Below are positions 61,001-64,000 of a stretch of 64,000 nt of DNA, piece by piece. The notes beneath the pieces are model-generated. The model was given only the letters and a program-made list of their open reading frames with translations. It was not told the origin of the DNA and did not search any database. Positions within the stretch are counted from its first letter, which is position 1. The number at the start of each line of letters is the position of its first letter. Source of the DNA: Macrostomum lignano. Lineage: Eukaryota. The stretch covers positions 62,001 to 126,000 of the forward strand of contig NIVC01001151.1 in assembly GCA_002269645.1 (NCBI GenBank), written 5' to 3'. The position numbers and the translations under genes are program-made.

Positions 61001-63553
61001 ACTGACAAACTAACAAATTAAAGTACATTGAATATTGATATAAAGGTAATGATAATAAAAAACTGTAGTTAAACTAAACAAACATCTCAACTGTCAATCT
61101 GCAACATTTGTTAACAATATGGTTCATAAAATAATTGTCAATGACAAGACTAACAACCTACTTATTACACTGATGAAAAACAAGATAAGGTTTACAATCT
61201 TGTATAAAGCTAGTTAGAACAATAGCTTTAGATAAGTCTATAAATGGTACACATCCTACTCTACAGAATTGTCTTAGGCTTAATAAATAAGGAAAGAGAA
61301 TAACAAATTTATAAACCAAACAATTGAAACATTTCATTTATCTCACTTTACATTTTAGAGGTTTCAACACAAAAATAAATAAAGAAATTGAAAAGCCAGT
61401 ATAATAAACTTTAGCCTTGTTGTTTCTAGTGGGAAACCAACTTTCAGTATGCTAAAATATGTCTACTACAAAAGGACAAAATAATAAAAAGCATAGGTTA
61501 GCTAAAGCAACATCTTATTGGTTGGATACATTTAAAACAAACAAACTATCATTTAACTTGTTTATACTAACATCAAGCATGAGTGCATGAATTAGTCCTA
61601 GTCTCCAGTAATAATATTAGTAATAATAATAATAATAGGCCTAATAATCATGGTAGGCATAGGCCTTGTAGCTGTTGTGAGTTTTAGTAGCCTATGATAG
61701 GCCTAATGTCATGATAGCCTAACTGTCATAGCTAGCTATAGCGTAAAGGCTAAGCTTATAAGTTATAAAATAATATAGACCTACTGGTTAAATTACTTTC
61801 TGGTTGATAGTAAGTTAGTTAGAAGCCCTTCTGATCCTTTTCTCAAGCTTTGTTGAATTCGTAGTACTATTATTGTACTAGCAGTATCTGCTGTCTGCGT
61901 AAAACCTTAGGAAATATTAAAACGAGTTGCATATAATGATATAATTACTCAAAATATCTAGATTACAGCCTAAATGAACTATAAATACACATATTATATG
62001 AAGCTTCTGGGGCTCAAATGTAGTGCATGCTTCTTTAAAACAGTCGACTCAAGTCGAGTAGATGCTTTTTTGAAGGCAAGTACCGATAAATACATGCAAA
62101 CAAGCGGGCTTTCAAATAATTTTACAATATTTACGAGTGTTGCGTCCTGATACAACGGTAACTTCTAGTGGTCCTTGGTTCGAAGCTTCACAAGCTTTAA
62201 ACTCCATAAACTCGAAGCTTCACAAGCTCAAAAACTCCATAAACTCGAAGCTTCACAAGCTCAAAACTCCATAAAATCGAAGCTTCACAAGCTCAAAACT
62301 CCATAAACTCGAAGCTTCACAAGCTCAAAACTCCATCAACTCGAAGCTTCACAAGCTCAAAACTCCATAAACTCGAAGCTTCACAAGCTCAAAACTTCAC
62401 AGGCTCGTAATTCCATAACACAAACTCAAAACTTCATAAGCTCCTCTCCCTCACCTCATGTCTGCAGGCTTCTATGGCCGGGCCTGTCAGCACGAGGTCC
62501 TCAGCTGCGACGATCACGGCACTTGGAACGCCACTAGACTGGCCTGCGACTGCCAGCCCGGCTACTCGGGCGCGCAGTGCACCTACAAGTTCGCCGACAC
62601 GGCCGGAGATCAGAAACCGTCACCCTGGCATCCGCTTCAATACGACGGTCGCGGCTTGTCTCCAAGATTTTTTCATCAATCAGTGTTCAATCAACAGCGA
62701 GCGACATACTTTGCATTCGGTGGCAGAACGCTGAATAATTGCCTGTCAGATTTGGTTGCCTACAGTTTCCATGGCAACGCTTGGGCAACCATTTCGCCAG
62801 CTGTTGGGTCCAAAGCGCCAGTGGCTCGTTACGGTCACGTGATGGCTACTGTTGACGACTATATTCTAGTCTATGGAGGCTTGACCTTCAATGACAGCAT
62901 CCTGGGCGATATGTGGCTGTTCAATCTGACTGAATCTCGATGGACTGAAGTCTCTTTGCCATCCTCTACCGACGCGGCTGACTGGCGACCCCAGCCTGTC
63001 GGTCTGGCCGCCTCCGCTGTTGACGAGGCCAATCGCCGCTGGTTCATCTTCGGCGGCCGGGCTGCCAACGGTCGCTGGTCTGGCGAGATGTTCAGCGTCG
63101 ATCTAGCACCCGGCGGAGTTGACAAGCTGTCTGTCAGGCCAGTGGGTTATGCGGGCAATGCTCAGAATGGGCCGCATCTGCGTCTGCCACGAGAGGGTCA
63201 CTCGATGGTGCACGATCCCGCCACCGGCAACCTGCTGGTGTTTGGCGGCGCTCCGGCCCCGGACCACCGCACCGGCTATCGGGTGCTGGAGAGGCGGCGC
63301 TACAGCTCCGAGCTGATGGCCTTCCACCTGGCCAAGCGGGTCTGGTCAGCCCTGGCCGGCTCCTCCGCGGTGCAGCCGGATGCCGTGGCCTACCACGGAG
63401 CTGCTCGGATTGGCCGCTACCTGGTTGTGATGGGCGGCGCCGTCAACTCCGCTAAAGGCGGTCCCTCGCTAGATGGCTGCTTTGCCGACACGCAGTACCT
63501 GTATCATATCGACTGCGGTGTGTGGGTGGAGCCCAAGGATGTCATTAGAGCTG
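58081..63553 (+). CDS. MEGF8/attractin-like protein, 5' part (signal peptide-CUB-EGF-EGF-Kelch); exons 58081-58300, 59112-59314, 59778-59910, 62468-63553; continues beyond the window
   Basis: Hydrophobic leader, CUB (TECLVDFLRITDG; NGFKVE), EGF (CPASCMSRGTC..GVCQC; CDCQPGYSGAQC) and Kelch GG repeats (ARYGHVM, PREGHSM). Intron phases 1,0,1 are consistent. CUB directly after the leader favours MEGF8. Confidence 0.85.
58400..58945. repeat. 22-bp minisatellite in MEGF8-like intron 1
   Basis: (GTGTCCTAATGTCTGTCTCAGT)n. Confidence 0.93.
60023..62177. mobile_element. 2,155-bp non-autonomous DNA transposon (CAAGG termini, 8-bp TSD; hAT or P superfamily)
   Basis: ~70-bp TIR starting CAAGGACCACTAGAAGTTACCGTTGTATCAGG. 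Perfect TSD GTTCGAAG. No transposase ORF. Confidence 0.9.
62180..62445. repeat. ~32-bp minisatellite (AAAACTCCATAAACTCGAAGCTTCACAAGCTC)n
   Basis: Directly visible. The adjacent transposon TSD overlaps its first unit. Confidence 0.9.
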
Positions 63554-63569
63554 GTGAGCTCTGCCTATC

Positions 63570-63589
63570 CATCTATTAATTTATCTATC

Positions 63590-63652
<63 letters not shown>

Positions 63653-63915
63653 GTATCTATGTATCTATGTATCTATGTATCTATCTATCTATCCATCTAT
63701 CTATCTATCTATCCATCTATCTATCTATCTATCTATGTATCTATGTATCTATGTATCTATCCATCTATCTATCTATCTATGTATCTTATCTATCTATCCA
63801 TCTATCTATCCATCTATCTATCCATCTATCCATCTATCTATCTATCTATCTATGTATCTATCTATCTATCTATCGATCTATCTATCTATCCATCTATCTA
63901 TCTATCTATCTATCC

Positions 63916-63958
<43 letters not shown>

Positions 63959-64000
63959 CATCTATCTATCTATCTATCCATCTATCTATCTATCTATCTA
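63570..64000. repeat. (CTAT)n microsatellite
   Basis: Directly visible, runs to the window end. Confidence 0.97.

Overview
Eukaryotic (animal) genomic DNA: GC-rich spliced host genes whose introns are filled with minisatellites and microsatellites, separated by AT-rich spacers. The style resembles the flatworm Macrostomum, which is an inference only. Host genes assembled by hand from GT-AG boundaries are TSEN34, MBD2/3, a DUSP12-like phosphatase, a CK1-family pseudokinase, a 4-exon orphan gene, an innexin, PRP4 kinase (PRPF4B) and the 5' part of a MEGF8/attractin-like gene. The dominant accessory feature is a full-length 14,663-bp Polinton/Maverick (endogenous virus, group-2 pPolB type) at 14079-28741. 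It has AGTAG...CTACT termini, a perfect 6-bp TSD (CCCACA) and ~0.8-kb imperfect TIRs, and it sits inside a ~31-bp minisatellite. It carries pPolB, integrase, packaging ATPase, adenain-like protease, major and minor capsid genes, a parvovirus-type phospholipase A2, several small proteins with GG/GxG protease-site motifs, and a small ORF duplicated in both TIRs. Most core enzymes are disabled while the accessory ORFs remain open. The window also holds a three-level nest (DNA element > Gypsy LTR element > MITE), two multi-copy MITE families, a tRNA-derived SINE, a BEL/Pao fragment and a strongly enriched TAGGCCTA palindrome in AT-rich DNA. All coordinates and alignments were read by eye; no database searches were run.
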